A stretch of 64,000 nt of DNA, from the NCBI GenBank assembly GCA_000442015.1, contig KE560523.1:1-64000 (forward strand), read 5' to 3'. Shown here piece by piece: positions 51,465 to 64,000 of the stretch. The DNA is from Rozella allomycis CSF55. Taxonomy: Eukaryota. The notes beneath the pieces were generated by a model. It was given only the letters and a program-made list of their open reading frames with translations. It searched no databases and had not been told where the DNA came from. A program made the translations under genes and the position numbers. The first letter of the stretch is position 1, and each line of letters opens with the position of its first letter.

Positions 51465-51903
51465 ATGTCAGATCTTATCATTTTAGAATCCCTGAAGAAG
51501 TATTCTAAACCCATAGGTACATTTTATATATTTATTTTATAGGAATACACAAGCACTTAGTCACCTTGTGCATTTATTGGCAAATCAATGAACACTACCA
51601 AATGTCTATTTCAGAAGTATACAATAAAATTTTGGAATAGTAAAAAGATGCGATAATTGAAATAGTTACAATCTGGATGCGTTAGAAGAACTACAGGAAT
51701 CTAGGGAGCTATCGGACGTATTTATTCCATTCGATGGGAAAGACGAAGTCGAAAGATTGAACAAATCGCATGATGTTTCAGAGGATGAAGTATCTAGCAA
51801 AAAGAAACTAAAAGTATCAAAAGGAACTCGTTCAGCTGCACTGAACACTCCGCAAAGAAATAACGCCCAAACCAAAAGACCAACTCCTAAAAGAAAACGG
51901 TGA
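51465..51903 (+). CDS. EAF7: NuA4 subunit Eaf7/MRGBP-like (missed by the ORF track)
   Basis: Spliced KPIGIHKHLVTLCI ... VYNKILEYYNLDALEE, basic C-terminal tail. Confidence 0.7.
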
Positions 51904-51940
51904 ATTGAAAATAAATTGTAATATAATAAAGCAAGATTTA

Positions 51941-52639
<699 letters not shown>

Positions 52640-52774
52640 AAGTAGTGGCTGTGTGTTTGTCAAAATTTATAAAATCAATGCTAATCAAGACATGAAACAA
52701 AAATAATTGAGTTGTAGAGAAACTCTATGATTAATTTGTGAATATGTTATTGTAAAATTCCATTTTCCTGTATC

Positions 52775-53966
52775 ATGCTAGCAGGCTCTGTAGGATTTTA
52801 CCGCCGACATTTAATATTTTTAACAGGTAGAATGAGCCTTTTTCTTTAATAGGAAAACATTCATGGCCTTCAAAAGTTGAAGAAACGATATTGAAACCAT
52901 TCAGTGAATTGAGAAATGTAAAGTTAACAGCAAGCACAGGAGCACCTTCCGACGATAAATTATTTGATGCCTTTCTGTATCCCGATAGAATAATGTTTAG
53001 AAAACTGGACGAAACGCATATACCAAAACTTGCTGAATATCTAGCAAAAAGTCGATTACCGTACCCGTTACACTCACCTGCTCCTCTAATAAACGCACAA
53101 ACACTTTATCAATGTGGACTCGATGCGAATTGGCAAAACATACACATGCATGAAACATGGCTGGTGTGTATTCACAAGGAAAGGGATCAATGCTGCGGGA
53201 CCCATGGCCCTAAAATTCTTGAATATCTTAGATCTGAATTGAAAATAAATGAGACGGAGAAAGATTTCTTTAATTTTAAAAGAGGATCTGTTAATGTGCT
53301 AGGATGCTCTCATCTAGGAGGCCACAAGTATGCTGGAATAATGCTGCATTATCCGTCTGGCCATTGGTTTGGAGATGTTAGAGAGCGCAGTGATGTGAAT
53401 AAAATTGTGAATTCTATGAAGAATGGGTTAATCCCGGTCGAATTTTGGAGAGGGCGGTAATTGGTAGCAATCAATTTGATAGAATGGGACTATCACAAGA
53501 GCAGCAATTAAAATATTATGAAGTATTGAAAAGGAATGCAGGGAATATTTCACAAGCGGATGATAATTTCTATTCTACTGAAATGGTGGTGGATGCTGAT
53601 GATATAATTGTGCAAGTTGTTGAGAATAAATTATTGAAAGAGTTGAAGGGTCGCAAAGGGGATCGACTGTTTGAGTTACTTAAAAGACATGACATTGATA
53701 TCGATTGTAACATAAACTTTAATAAATTGATTAGGTACTTGTGGTGGAAATTTAGAATGTGCGACTTGCCATGTTTACATTGAAAGTCCAGAACATAGTT
53801 TTTTGTTAAAAGATATTAAAGATGATGAAATTGATATGTTAGAATACGCGCAAGGCTACACAAACAAGTAATTAAGAGATATACTAATTCAATTAGATCT
53901 CGACTGTCTTGTCAAATTAAACTAGAAAAGCAACATGAACGATTAAAAATAAAAATACCGAAATAA
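52775..53966 (+). CDS. Apd1/Aim32-type sucrase/ferredoxin-like domain fused to an adrenodoxin-type [2Fe-2S] ferredoxin
   Basis: VCIHKERDQCCG..SHLGGHKYAG..WRGRMGLSQEQQ continues in frame into TCGGNLECATCHV..EIDMLE..SRLSCQI. Confidence 0.85.
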
Positions 53967-54015
53967 TTATCTTTTCATTTTATTTTTTATGTTTTTTTCA
54001 ATCTTTCTATCAAGT

Positions 54016-57000
54016 TTATTGAAATTTCCATTCAATGATTTCGTTTCTTGAACAAGTGAGAAGCCAATCTAAATTTGAATCCAAAATAACAAATTTGGCT
54101 TCTTCACTGTGAGCCAGAATATCATGAAATGCGCCAGACTCTAAATCAATTGCAGTGATGAATGGCGAATTATTGCACGCACCAATGGCAAAATTCATAC
54201 ATGGAGAAATTTCAAGTGAATTTAAAACTCTTGGCAATTTCAAAGTTCTAAAAACCTGCTTTAGATTAATTTATAGTTAATACTTTCCGTTCAGGTATTG
54301 AATACATTTGGATTACTGCATTGGAGCTTGTCAACACTATTGAATCGTGGCCAATGAATGCACCAATTAAATTTCCCGTCTAATCAGCAAAGATAAAACA
54401 TAATTTACATTTAAATTATTGAATGTGATCCAATCCACTAGTAAATAATCATTAGAGGTCCAATTCATTTCCCACAATGATGAACGATGGTCGCTGCAAC
54501 AAACAAGCATAAACGAACAATTTTCTTTGAATGGATGATCTTTGATATTTATGCAATTTATTTCAGATCCCTTGTGTTCTTTAAGAACATTGAGAGTGGC
54601 TCCAGTGTGAACATTTGACAAGCTGACAAACCCTTGATCGTTTCCACTAATTAAAATTGAATCATTTAATAGATTGAAATATTTTTTACTTGAATAAAAT
54701 TTAATGTTTGTTATTTTTGATTTGCTTGGTTGGAATTCGCTAATCTTTTTTTCAGTTTCAATGTCAAAGACTTTGATTGAACCATCACTGAATCCTACAG
54801 CTACCAGAGTTTCATTGGAAAGAGAAATTGATGAACAATTCTTATTTAAATTATTAAAAGAATTTTACTTTTAAATCTTCAATGTTTAAAGTTTTGCAAT
54901 GCCATTCATCATCAATTTTGGTTCTTAAACAAAGTTTTCCATTTTCATGAATTGACGCAACAATAGAATCATTGCTAGTAATATCTACTAGATTTTGAAA
55001 GGAAGAAATAAATTCAACAATTTCATTTCCATCCTTTTCAGACGCTTGCCAAATAGACCCATCGCTTAAACAAACAAACCCCTTCCATTTAAAATTGAAT
55101 GCTTATTTACATCGTTGTTATCATTGAAATCAATTAATTCAATTGAAAGATTAAAATTCTTTTCAAAGATTAAAGAAACTTCATTTTCTATAAAATTTTG
55201 TTCATGTTTCTCAACCCATTCAGCAATTTTCCAACACCGCAAAGATCCATTCAAATTTCCAGTAAAGATTTTCCTGTCAATTACATAAAGAGAATCTTTT
55301 AAATACTTTTAATTAGAATTACTTATTGCAATGTTATCAACAGACCATGAGAGAATGCATTGACCTTTCCTTGAATCCCATAATCCAACCAAACCATTAT
55401 TGGTGGTTGTTATTAAAAGATTGCTGGAATCTTGTTTGAATTTTATATTTGTAAATTCACATTCTGTCCAATCACAAGGCAAAATAGATTCTCTCTACCA
55501 TTTGAACATTATTTCATTTCATACCATGAAAGTCAATTTCTCATTGTAAATTCTCCAGAATAATAATTTATTTTTACAACAAACAACAAATTCATTATCA
55601 CAGTTGGGATCAAATTCAAAATTTTTAATCTCTTCATCCAAATCAACTGTAGAATGTATCACCCCTGAATTATAGTTTATTAAATTCATTTGATTGGAAA
55701 CAACAAGAATAAATGGATTATTAGGAACAAATTTTATAAATTTTATATAATCAGAATTGCAAGTTAAAATTCTTTCACAAATTGCTGTTTCCAAATTCCA
55801 AAGTCTAATTATAGAACCCCGGTTTCTAGATTCAACAGCCGCTAAAATAATCTTTTAAAAGGAATTACCAATGTATTCCATATTGCAACAAAAAGAAGAA
55901 ATTTTGTTTACATAATTTGAAGCTTCTCTGTAAATTTTCTGATTTTGTGTGGCAATCTCTTCAGCTACAATTAAATTCCCACAAGAATAAATTATTTGAT
56001 TATTCTTTTAAGGATGTCAATGTAAATTTACTGATTTGTTCCAATGAAAGGGTGTTTGAATTGTTGACTGTGAAGATAAAACTTTAACGATTGAAACACA
56101 ACAATCTTCACTTGGCACAAGAAAACTAATTTTAAAATAGATTTAATAAATTACGCATCTTGAGTTGTTAATTCCTTTATTTCACTTGTTTCAATTTCAT
56201 TAAATTCTATTTCTGGTTCTGGTAATGCAATTTGTTGTGGTAATTCGATTTGTGGATCCTTCCTTGTAAGGTTAAGAATGGAATATTCTAGAATGACGCC
56301 ACTTGTATAGAAAATGTAAAGATTATTTTTAATGATTGAAAGATCAAGAATATTTGAATTTGGTATTAAGATTCTCTAATAGAATTGAAAAAGAAAAAGA
56401 TTTACTTGTGGGAGTGTGAGCTTGTCTGAAATGATTGAAATGTTTAATTCATTAGGATATTCATTTAAAATGTAGAAAATTTTATTCTCATTGAATGTGA
56501 AATGTTTAATTGTTTCGTCTGATTTGAAAATGTTAATCTTTCTTGTAACTTTAAATGATTCTCTATCAACAAATAAAATTAATCCATTTCTATAAACAAA
56601 TATGGCACTCTTTAAACTCATCAAACATAGATTTACTTTATAATATTTAGAATAGAAAATCTTTAAAACATTTCTAGCGTCAATCTTTATTTTCCCAATT
56701 TCATCACTCTCAAAATCTCTCAAAATAAAATAATCTTCAACCCCTTCATACCCATGCAATATAACAGATCCCAATGTAGAAACTAAACTAAACTTTCTTT
56801 ATAATCAAAACACAAAACTAATACCCTCTCCAATCTTTTTTAACAATGCCACACTTTTTAAACCCATTTTGATCTATTTTATAAAATACTAGTTTTGTTT
56901 CTCCAAACGTCATAAAACTTTTTTCATCGTCGGAGATTAAAATTCTAGTAACACGTGAGTTGTGTGGCTTTTGTTCTGAAATATATTTAGAATTGAAATC

Positions 57001-59154
57001 AAACAACTTTATTATTCCATTTTGATAACCAAAAATAATATATTTAGAAGAAGCAGCGAGTGATGAAACAGATTCAAATCCATTTTCACTCTTCCATCTT
57101 CTTTGATTTCCATTCTTTAATAAATGCGAAATCACTCCATTTTCATAACAAAGAAACGCTCCATTGTTTTTTGATAATGAAAAATATTTCAACGTTGAAT
57201 TACTTTGAGACCAACTCTGAATCTATTTATTGAAAGTAAATCTAAATTTTTTACCTTCTTCTTATCCAACGTTTCTTTACTGTAACAAATCATACTTCCA
57301 CTCTGGAATAAAACAAGAATTCCTTGATTCGTTTTAAATAGTTTACAAGGGCACTCTTCCCCAGTCAGATCTAATCGTTTAGAATAATACAATTCATTAT
57401 TTCTTATTATTGACAATTTCTTATCTCTTGTTGAAACTAGAATTGTTTCCTTTTCAATTAAAATATCAATAATGGGGCTATACATTTCAATTGTTTCTAC
57501 CAGCTCTCCATTGTCATGATTCATTAAATACAATTGACCCAACTCTGTTCCAACTACAATTAAATAAATTCCATTCTATCTTTATCATTAATAACATTTA
57601 CTTGCTTTATAAATTCTATCTTTTTAATTTCACTCGTTGATGGGAGTTTAAATGAGAATGACTTTAACCTTGAATCTCCAATAGTCCAACACTTGATTCC
57701 CAAATTTCCAACAGTATAAAATGTATTTGATTTAAACTTTGATGCATAGAATTTATAAACAACAACATCCCCATAGAAATTCAACTTCTTTTCTAATCTA
57801 ACACCCCTGCCATCTTTCACAACATTATACACAACAAATGATGTTCTATCTACAATCTATTAAAAGAATTTAATCTACTTTGTGATTCTCTTCCCCTCAC
57901 AATTATCATCGATTGATCCACACTTGCTATAATCCCAAGTGGATTCTCAACACACGAAAATACATTCAAACATTCTTTGCTTTTAACATCCCACACCCTC
58001 AACAATGACGGCTTTGTCTGGACAGAAAATATAAAATCATCTGTAACACAAACATCAACTATTTCCCCAGAATGTCCAATTATCTCTTTATATTTATTAG
58101 AATTCAAATTAAAACTAATCATNTAAAATCTTCTTGGCTTACAATATACTCATCACTGCCCTCATTCACTCTAAACAATTCGCAATTCACACATCCTAAA
58201 ACTTTATTCAATTCAACTCCACAAGAATAATTCATCAAATTATTTTCAGATCCCTCATTCTTGGAAATAATCTCATTATTGGAAATACTCGCATTTTCTA
58301 TCACTGGATACTCCACACCCAATCTCTGCTCATTAACACCCTTCGTCGCAACATTGTATTCTTTCCACGATTTAGTAAACACATTCGCCTCATTCAAAGA
58401 ATACCAATCATACCAATCATCCCACTGTCCATCCTTAAAGTTTGGATACTTTACATCCCTAGGAAACGTCTTTCATCACCCTAATCAATTCTTACCATTC
58501 TCTTCAGCGCATTCTGTGACAATATTGCATCCCTAAATACTATACTAGAACCTATTTTTATTTCTTTTAAACCGCGATAGCCCCTCCTAGTAAATCTCAT
58601 CGCCAAATCATTCAAGTTCAAATACAAAATGCTCCAATGACCCTTTTTGGATATCTCAATTAATATATTGGCTTTTGTATGTTCCTTATTAATTAAATCC
58701 TATTAATATACAATTTTGGTTTGCTTGATATTGGTCGAAATGTTNTTTTGGTTTGTTTGACATTGGTCGAAATGTTTATTCTAAATGACATTCCACCCTC
58801 CACCTGCATCGCAACTTCCATACTCAAATCCAGATTGTCAACAGGCTTCCACTGCAAATACAAGTGCCCTCGTTTATGAGATAACCTCGTCAACGTTTCA
58901 GATGGCAAAATTGTGTAATTGTTGTGTACTGAATGCTTTCCTTTGATTCTAAACACTGGCTTTCCTATAGTCCTATCCTGTCTGAAAATTATGAAGCGAG
59001 CGTACCATAATTTGAGTCACATTGCCCTTCTTTTCGAGCCATTGGTTATCAGATTTAATTGATAATTGTTTCAAGAGGGATATGACAGATTCTGATGAAT
59101 ACAAAGCATCTTTTGTTCCTTTTAAATTTTAATTTCGCTATCACCTTCTGTCAT
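54016..59154 (-). CDS. WDR90: WDR90/POC16-like centriolar protein (CFAP20-like N-terminal domain plus WD40 repeats)
   Basis: KKGNVTQIMDRTIGKPVFRIKG..NNYTILP..GHLYLQWKP..RINISTN, followed by many WD40 repeats; about 18 mini-introns. Confidence 0.75.
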
Positions 59155-59416
59155 GATGTTTTGATTTCAATAATTTCGCAAATGGCAAACAAGGAGTATG
59201 TGTTTTAAAACTTATTCTAAAGATTGTATCTTAATGGAAAAATGATTTAATGCTACCTTTTTTCTCTGGGTAAATCAAGATCGGAAATGATGAATAAAGA
59301 GTATCATATTTTCTCTGCTAATATAATTATGTCTAATTTATCACCCAAAATTGCCATACTATTATCTGGACCAATCATGCCAATGAAGTCAAATGCTGAG
59401 CCTCACAAATTGCGTC

Positions 59417-60426
59417 ATGTTAAATTCCGATGAATTCAAAATTAAAGCGGGTTTGGCTCAAATGCTAAAGGTAAGTACTCTCAGCCTATTAAACTCAAGG
59501 GTGGTGTTATTATGGACGTAGTAAATGTGGAGCAAGCAATGATTGCGGAAAAAGCTGGCGCTTGTGCCGTAATGGCGTTAGAGAGAGTGCCAGCGGATAT
59601 AAGAAAGGATGGTACACTACAAATATTCATGCAACTAAGGTGGAATAGCAAGAATGAGTGATCCGTCAATGATAACTGCCATCAAAAACGCAGTGTCAAT
59701 CCCAGTGATGGCAAAAGCACGTATTGGCCACTTTGTTGAAGCTCAGGTAAAACAAATCTTTTAAATTCATAGATTTTACAAGCATTGGATATAGACTACA
59801 TTGATGAAAGCGAAGTGCTAACCCCGGCTGATGAAAAGAATCACATTGAAAAGCATTCGTTTCAAATACCGTTTGTATGCGGTTGTAGAAATTTGGGAGA
59901 AGCTTTGAGAAGAATATCTGAAGGCGCTGCTATGATAAGAACAAAAGGAGAGGCAGGGTAATTCGTTTAATTCGACATTTTTTAGAACCGGAAACATTGT
60001 AGAAGCTGTTCGCCACTGTAGGGCATTGAAAACTGAAATAAAATACCTTCAATCTCTGGATCTTTCAGAGAGATATGCATTTGCTAAAGAAATTGGAGCC
60101 AGTATTGAATTAGTTAATGCCACTGCTAATTTGGGACGATTGCCCGTAGTCAACTTTGCAGCCGGTATCTTTTATCAAAATTATCAAAAGGTGGTATTGC
60201 AACGCCAGCAGATGCTGCGATGATGATGCAACTTGGAATGGATGGAGTGTTTGTGGGATCAGGCATTTTCAAATCTGAAGATCCAGCGGCGAGAGCTAAG
60301 GCGATGGTTATGGCTGTAACTAATTATGATGATCCAAGCGTTTTGGCTGAAATCAGCAAGAATCTAGGCAGCGCCATGGCAGGATCAAACATTGATGATA
60401 AAACGTTCTCTAATAGAGGATGGTGA
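59417..60426 (+). CDS. PDX1: Pyridoxal 5'-phosphate synthase subunit Pdx1/Snz
   Basis: [68 protein letters not shown]. Confidence 0.97.
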
Positions 60427-60502
60427 TAAACTTTGAATAAATATTTTATTAAAACTCCTATAGCATTTGATTTGAACTTGATTCGACCTTGATTGTGATG
60501 AT

Positions 60503-61070
60503 TCATCGAACGGAATGAAACGATCTTCTATGAGATGATTGGTTACTTCTCGGAAAGAGCGAATTTCTAACCGGCGTCAATGGTGGAACATAGCTTTTAA
60601 TCTTAATCATTTGAAAATTAATGTTATNAATATAGTTTTTAATCTTAATCATTTGAAAATTAATGTTATACTTGACTATATCTTTTGAATTTCTGGCCAC
60701 GTTTAAGAAGTTCTGTTTGAATGGTTTGAGCAATATGAACATGTATGTAAGATGTTGGTATCTCTTGAAAAAAGTCATCGTCTTCTAACTCTGTGTCTGA
60801 CACCAAGTCAACTATTTCTATTGACGCGTTGTTGCTGTTCTTGAACTTTGGCTGTACAGAGTTTGTCTTTATTGGAATTTCAAGCATTTCTTTGAAAGAT
60901 TTATTGTTTATGATTTCATTATTATTAATAGGTTGTTCTAATTCAATAAGATCGTCTTCGGCTTTTTTCTGTTTAGTGGTACTTTCAAATTCGCAGACTG
61001 GTTTGCACAAAAAAGATTTTGTTGAAAGTACAAAGGTTAAACCCTGTATTTCATATGTTTTAAGTGACAT
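60503..61070 (-). CDS. Hypothetical protein
   Basis: ORF MSLKTYE.. plus a spliced last exon; N-join at 60628; no family recognised. Confidence 0.4.
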
Positions 61071-61166
61071 TAAAGTCAAAAAAAGATGAAATCTTAAATA
61101 CGAAAAATCGGGCGGTGATTCAACAAAAAGGGCAAAGTTAGATTTATTTATGGAAGAATCAAAAGT

Positions 61167-64000
61167 CTACGCTGATTGTTTTCTATGTCTCGGAATATTG
61201 TGTTGATGAAATTGATCGGCTGTAAGTTTTACCACCTTATAAATCCAACCAGCCTGTGTTTCAATTTAAGTAAGATATTACTTGAGGCGTAGATATGATA
61301 ATTTGTCGTTTCTTGGTATAATCATCTACCGCCATCACAAATAAATCTGTAGAGGAGTTCGTAGTGAAAGAAGCCAAATATTTGAATGGAACGAAGTCTT
61401 CTACGATTGAATCGTCCTTTCTAATTATATGGACACTTGTGTTATTGCATGCGATCCAAACGTCAGTTGAACTGGCTGGAAGACTCTTTCGGCCTCTTGA
61501 ATCTTGGACCTTGTTTTGCTCAAAAGAAGATATTAAAATTCCATGAAAGAATACAGACCCATAAAAATCAAATTTATGACAGGTACGAATATACTGAAGA
61601 GCACACTCTGCCTGTGACACTCCATTAAGTAAAGCATATGACTCAATGACGGCATTTCGGAGGTCACTGGGCTTATTTTCGCCTATGAAATAAGGAGGAA
61701 AAAGTCTCGGAATGAGTTTACTGAGTATGTACTAAAGTAATGTGTACCTTATTTTGCCGATTGTTTCTTTTTCATCAAGAAAATCCCCTTCGGTAAATTG
61801 CAAATATAAGGCAGCCAAATGACCCAGTATATTAAGTTCTCTGCATGGATATTGCCCTTTTATTATATGGTAATGTGCCTGTGGTAATATTTGAACATTC
61901 ATACTTGATGCATTAGTAACCGCAGTGCAACAGGATCATTTATATATTCTTCGTCAATAGACCTTATGCTAATTCTTTTTTTGAAGTTAAATGTCATGGC
62001 GGGCGTTTCGGAGTTTGGATGTATTTGAGCATATTTTGAGTAGCTTTCAGTCCATTTATTTTCTACTCTTGAAATTAACAAATCTTTGCTTAACGATATT
62101 TCTATTTTATGCGCATATGATGGACCTACCGAAAGTCTCGCAGGCCGCCCAAAGTGAAAATAGCCTATACGAGGATTCCAGCAAGCCTAACTTTGAACAA
62201 ATTAATTCGAATGCTCTTGCAACTGTCACATTCTCAGATACACATATTGTAACAATAGCGTCATCGCAACATTTTACATTGATTGCCTTATTTTCGAGCA
62301 TTTTTGCCTATCCGATATTTTATATTATAGTAGCATACAAGTTTTCCCGTCTTCTTTATTAGTGTGTATTTCTGAAAGGCTTCTAATGTGCATAGCAGCG
62401 GACATTCATCGTCGTCTAGAAATCTGATAATGTCGCCTAAAGTATATTAATCGGGTGCAACGTACCATCTTTAGCAATGCATAATGCGTATCTTGTATAC
62501 TCTTCTACTGGAATTCGGTATTTTTTCAAGATTAATTTTATGACTTCTGATGTAATATGTTCATCGGTTATTCTGAGTGTTTTCATGGGTTCCGATGGCC
62601 TTATTTTATCTGCATATACTAGAAACTATAATGCATTGATCATACTTTTTATTTCTCTTATCTTTTAAATTTGAACATTTCACTTACTGTAACTGGCGAT
62701 TCCGGACATGGATTAAGGTTGTGAGCTGTGGATATCCTTTTTAGTTTGAATAATCCTTTCCCTTTGGGGTCAATACTACGAGAATTATGAGTAAAAGAAT
62801 TTCTTCGTCTTGTAAGATCAACAAATGCATTAGGTTCTTTAGTTTCGGATGCACTTCTGTTTCGTGCTTTAGGTATCGAGTCACCATTATTTTGACTCAT
62901 TGGAAATTGATTCCCTGTAAGCTTTACAACATTTGACGTACTATAATTTGGAAATCCTTCCGCGGACTTCTTAACCAACGTGCGATCTTGTCTCCCATCA
63001 GGTATAAAAAAGTCTTCATCAAGTGACTTTATTTTCGATTTCATCTTCCCTTTGACCGTATACGCTTCATAAAATTGATTTTCCTTAATAATATTTGATA
63101 ACTTGACTGTTTCATCATCATAAACATTCGAATTGTCATTTGTCGGTACTGCATCTTCACGCTCGCAAATTACATCTAACGCAAATGATTCCATAACTTC
63201 TGTTATTCGATCCTTGAAGTTAAATATTGAATATCTCTTATCGATTTCGCTAATGTAAGATTCTGAATAATGCAATGCCTGTAACCATTGTATCCACTCA
63301 ATGTCATTGGTGAAATAGAAAGTACAGTCGTTTATTACCATGCTTGGTAAAACGGTAGCTTTATTTTCAAAAATTATGTCTTCTCTGCATAGAATGTATT
63401 CTGCTATGCTTTGTTGCATAAATTCCTTGTGCAATGTCAGAATTCCTTCAGACAGTTCCATGAAGAATGTATACAACTTAAAAAGTATGAAATTTGATAT
63501 TACCTGGTTATTTTCTGAATAATAATATAGATAGCTCATATACTCACCATTGTCAATGTTTATGTACTCATCTCTTTGTTGTAAATAGTCATTAGTATTT
63601 AGGTGTTCCAATTTTTCTGCAATATAGTAATTATACAATGCCTTTGTTAAAGCTGTTTTCCATTCATAGACTTTGGCATCCGAGATGCATTTCAGATGAA
63701 CTTCGAAAACACCAGGGACAACGATCATGAATTCGTCAGAGTCAAGGCTTTCGTTGACCTCTTTAGCCAAAAATTTTGAATTAAAAGAAAGCTATTGTTC
63801 ACTTATTAGATCAACTTTACTTGGTAACATTCCATTTCAATTTCACTCTCATCAGATGTAAATCTCAACAAGCAATTGTCTCGCAGCCAGAATATATAAA
63901 GAAAGAAATTGTTACTTGAAATAACCATACTTATAATCTGATGTCTTGTTGAATTTGTATGCCAGATAGGTTTCTATTGAATATTTTTCTATTTCAACCA
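61167..64000 (-). CDS. PH/RA/FERM-domain protein (KRIT1/FRMD8-like FERM C-terminus), 5' end outside the window
   Basis: PH-like EWKTALTKA and QWLQAL; FERM DPVALRLLMHQAHYHIIKGQYPC..LAALYLQ and YIRTCHKFDFYGSVFF. Confidence 0.7.

Noticed and set aside
59154-60426. Yeast-like divergent SNZ/SNO gene pair
   Set aside because: The divergent neighbour of PDX1 is WDR90; there is no PDX2 glutaminase in the window.

Overview
AT-rich, extremely gene-dense eukaryotic nuclear DNA with about 45 protein genes, two identical tRNA-Lys(CTT) genes and almost no intergenic space. Nearly every gene is broken by tiny spliceosomal introns (mostly 25-32 nt), so the ORF track shows only fragments; the gene models below were rebuilt by hand from conserved protein motifs. 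Three features together point to a zoosporic, endoparasitic early-diverging fungus (Cryptomycota, most consistent with Rozella allomycis; inference only): fungal-type housekeeping genes (Spt8, Eaf7, Tem1/Spg1, Nop6, Kin1), flagellar/centriolar genes (KAP3, WDR90, LRRC49), and an intronless TLC/NTT ATP-ADP transporter. The most interesting signal is the splicing system. 3' splice sites look length-selected: AGs at 24 nt or less are skipped and AAG/GAG acceptors are common. Several introns appear to need non-AG acceptors (..ATG, ..AGG, ..AAA). The only long intron found (55 nt) is two standard mini-introns fused at an AG|GT junction, a candidate for recursive splicing. Other notable items are a spindle-E/TDRD9-like helicase, an intron-containing D-Ala-D-Ala-ligase-like gene, an Apd1/Aim32-adrenodoxin double [2Fe-2S] fusion and a double zf-HIT protein. 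Single Ns flanked by diverged duplicates look like allelic assembly joins.
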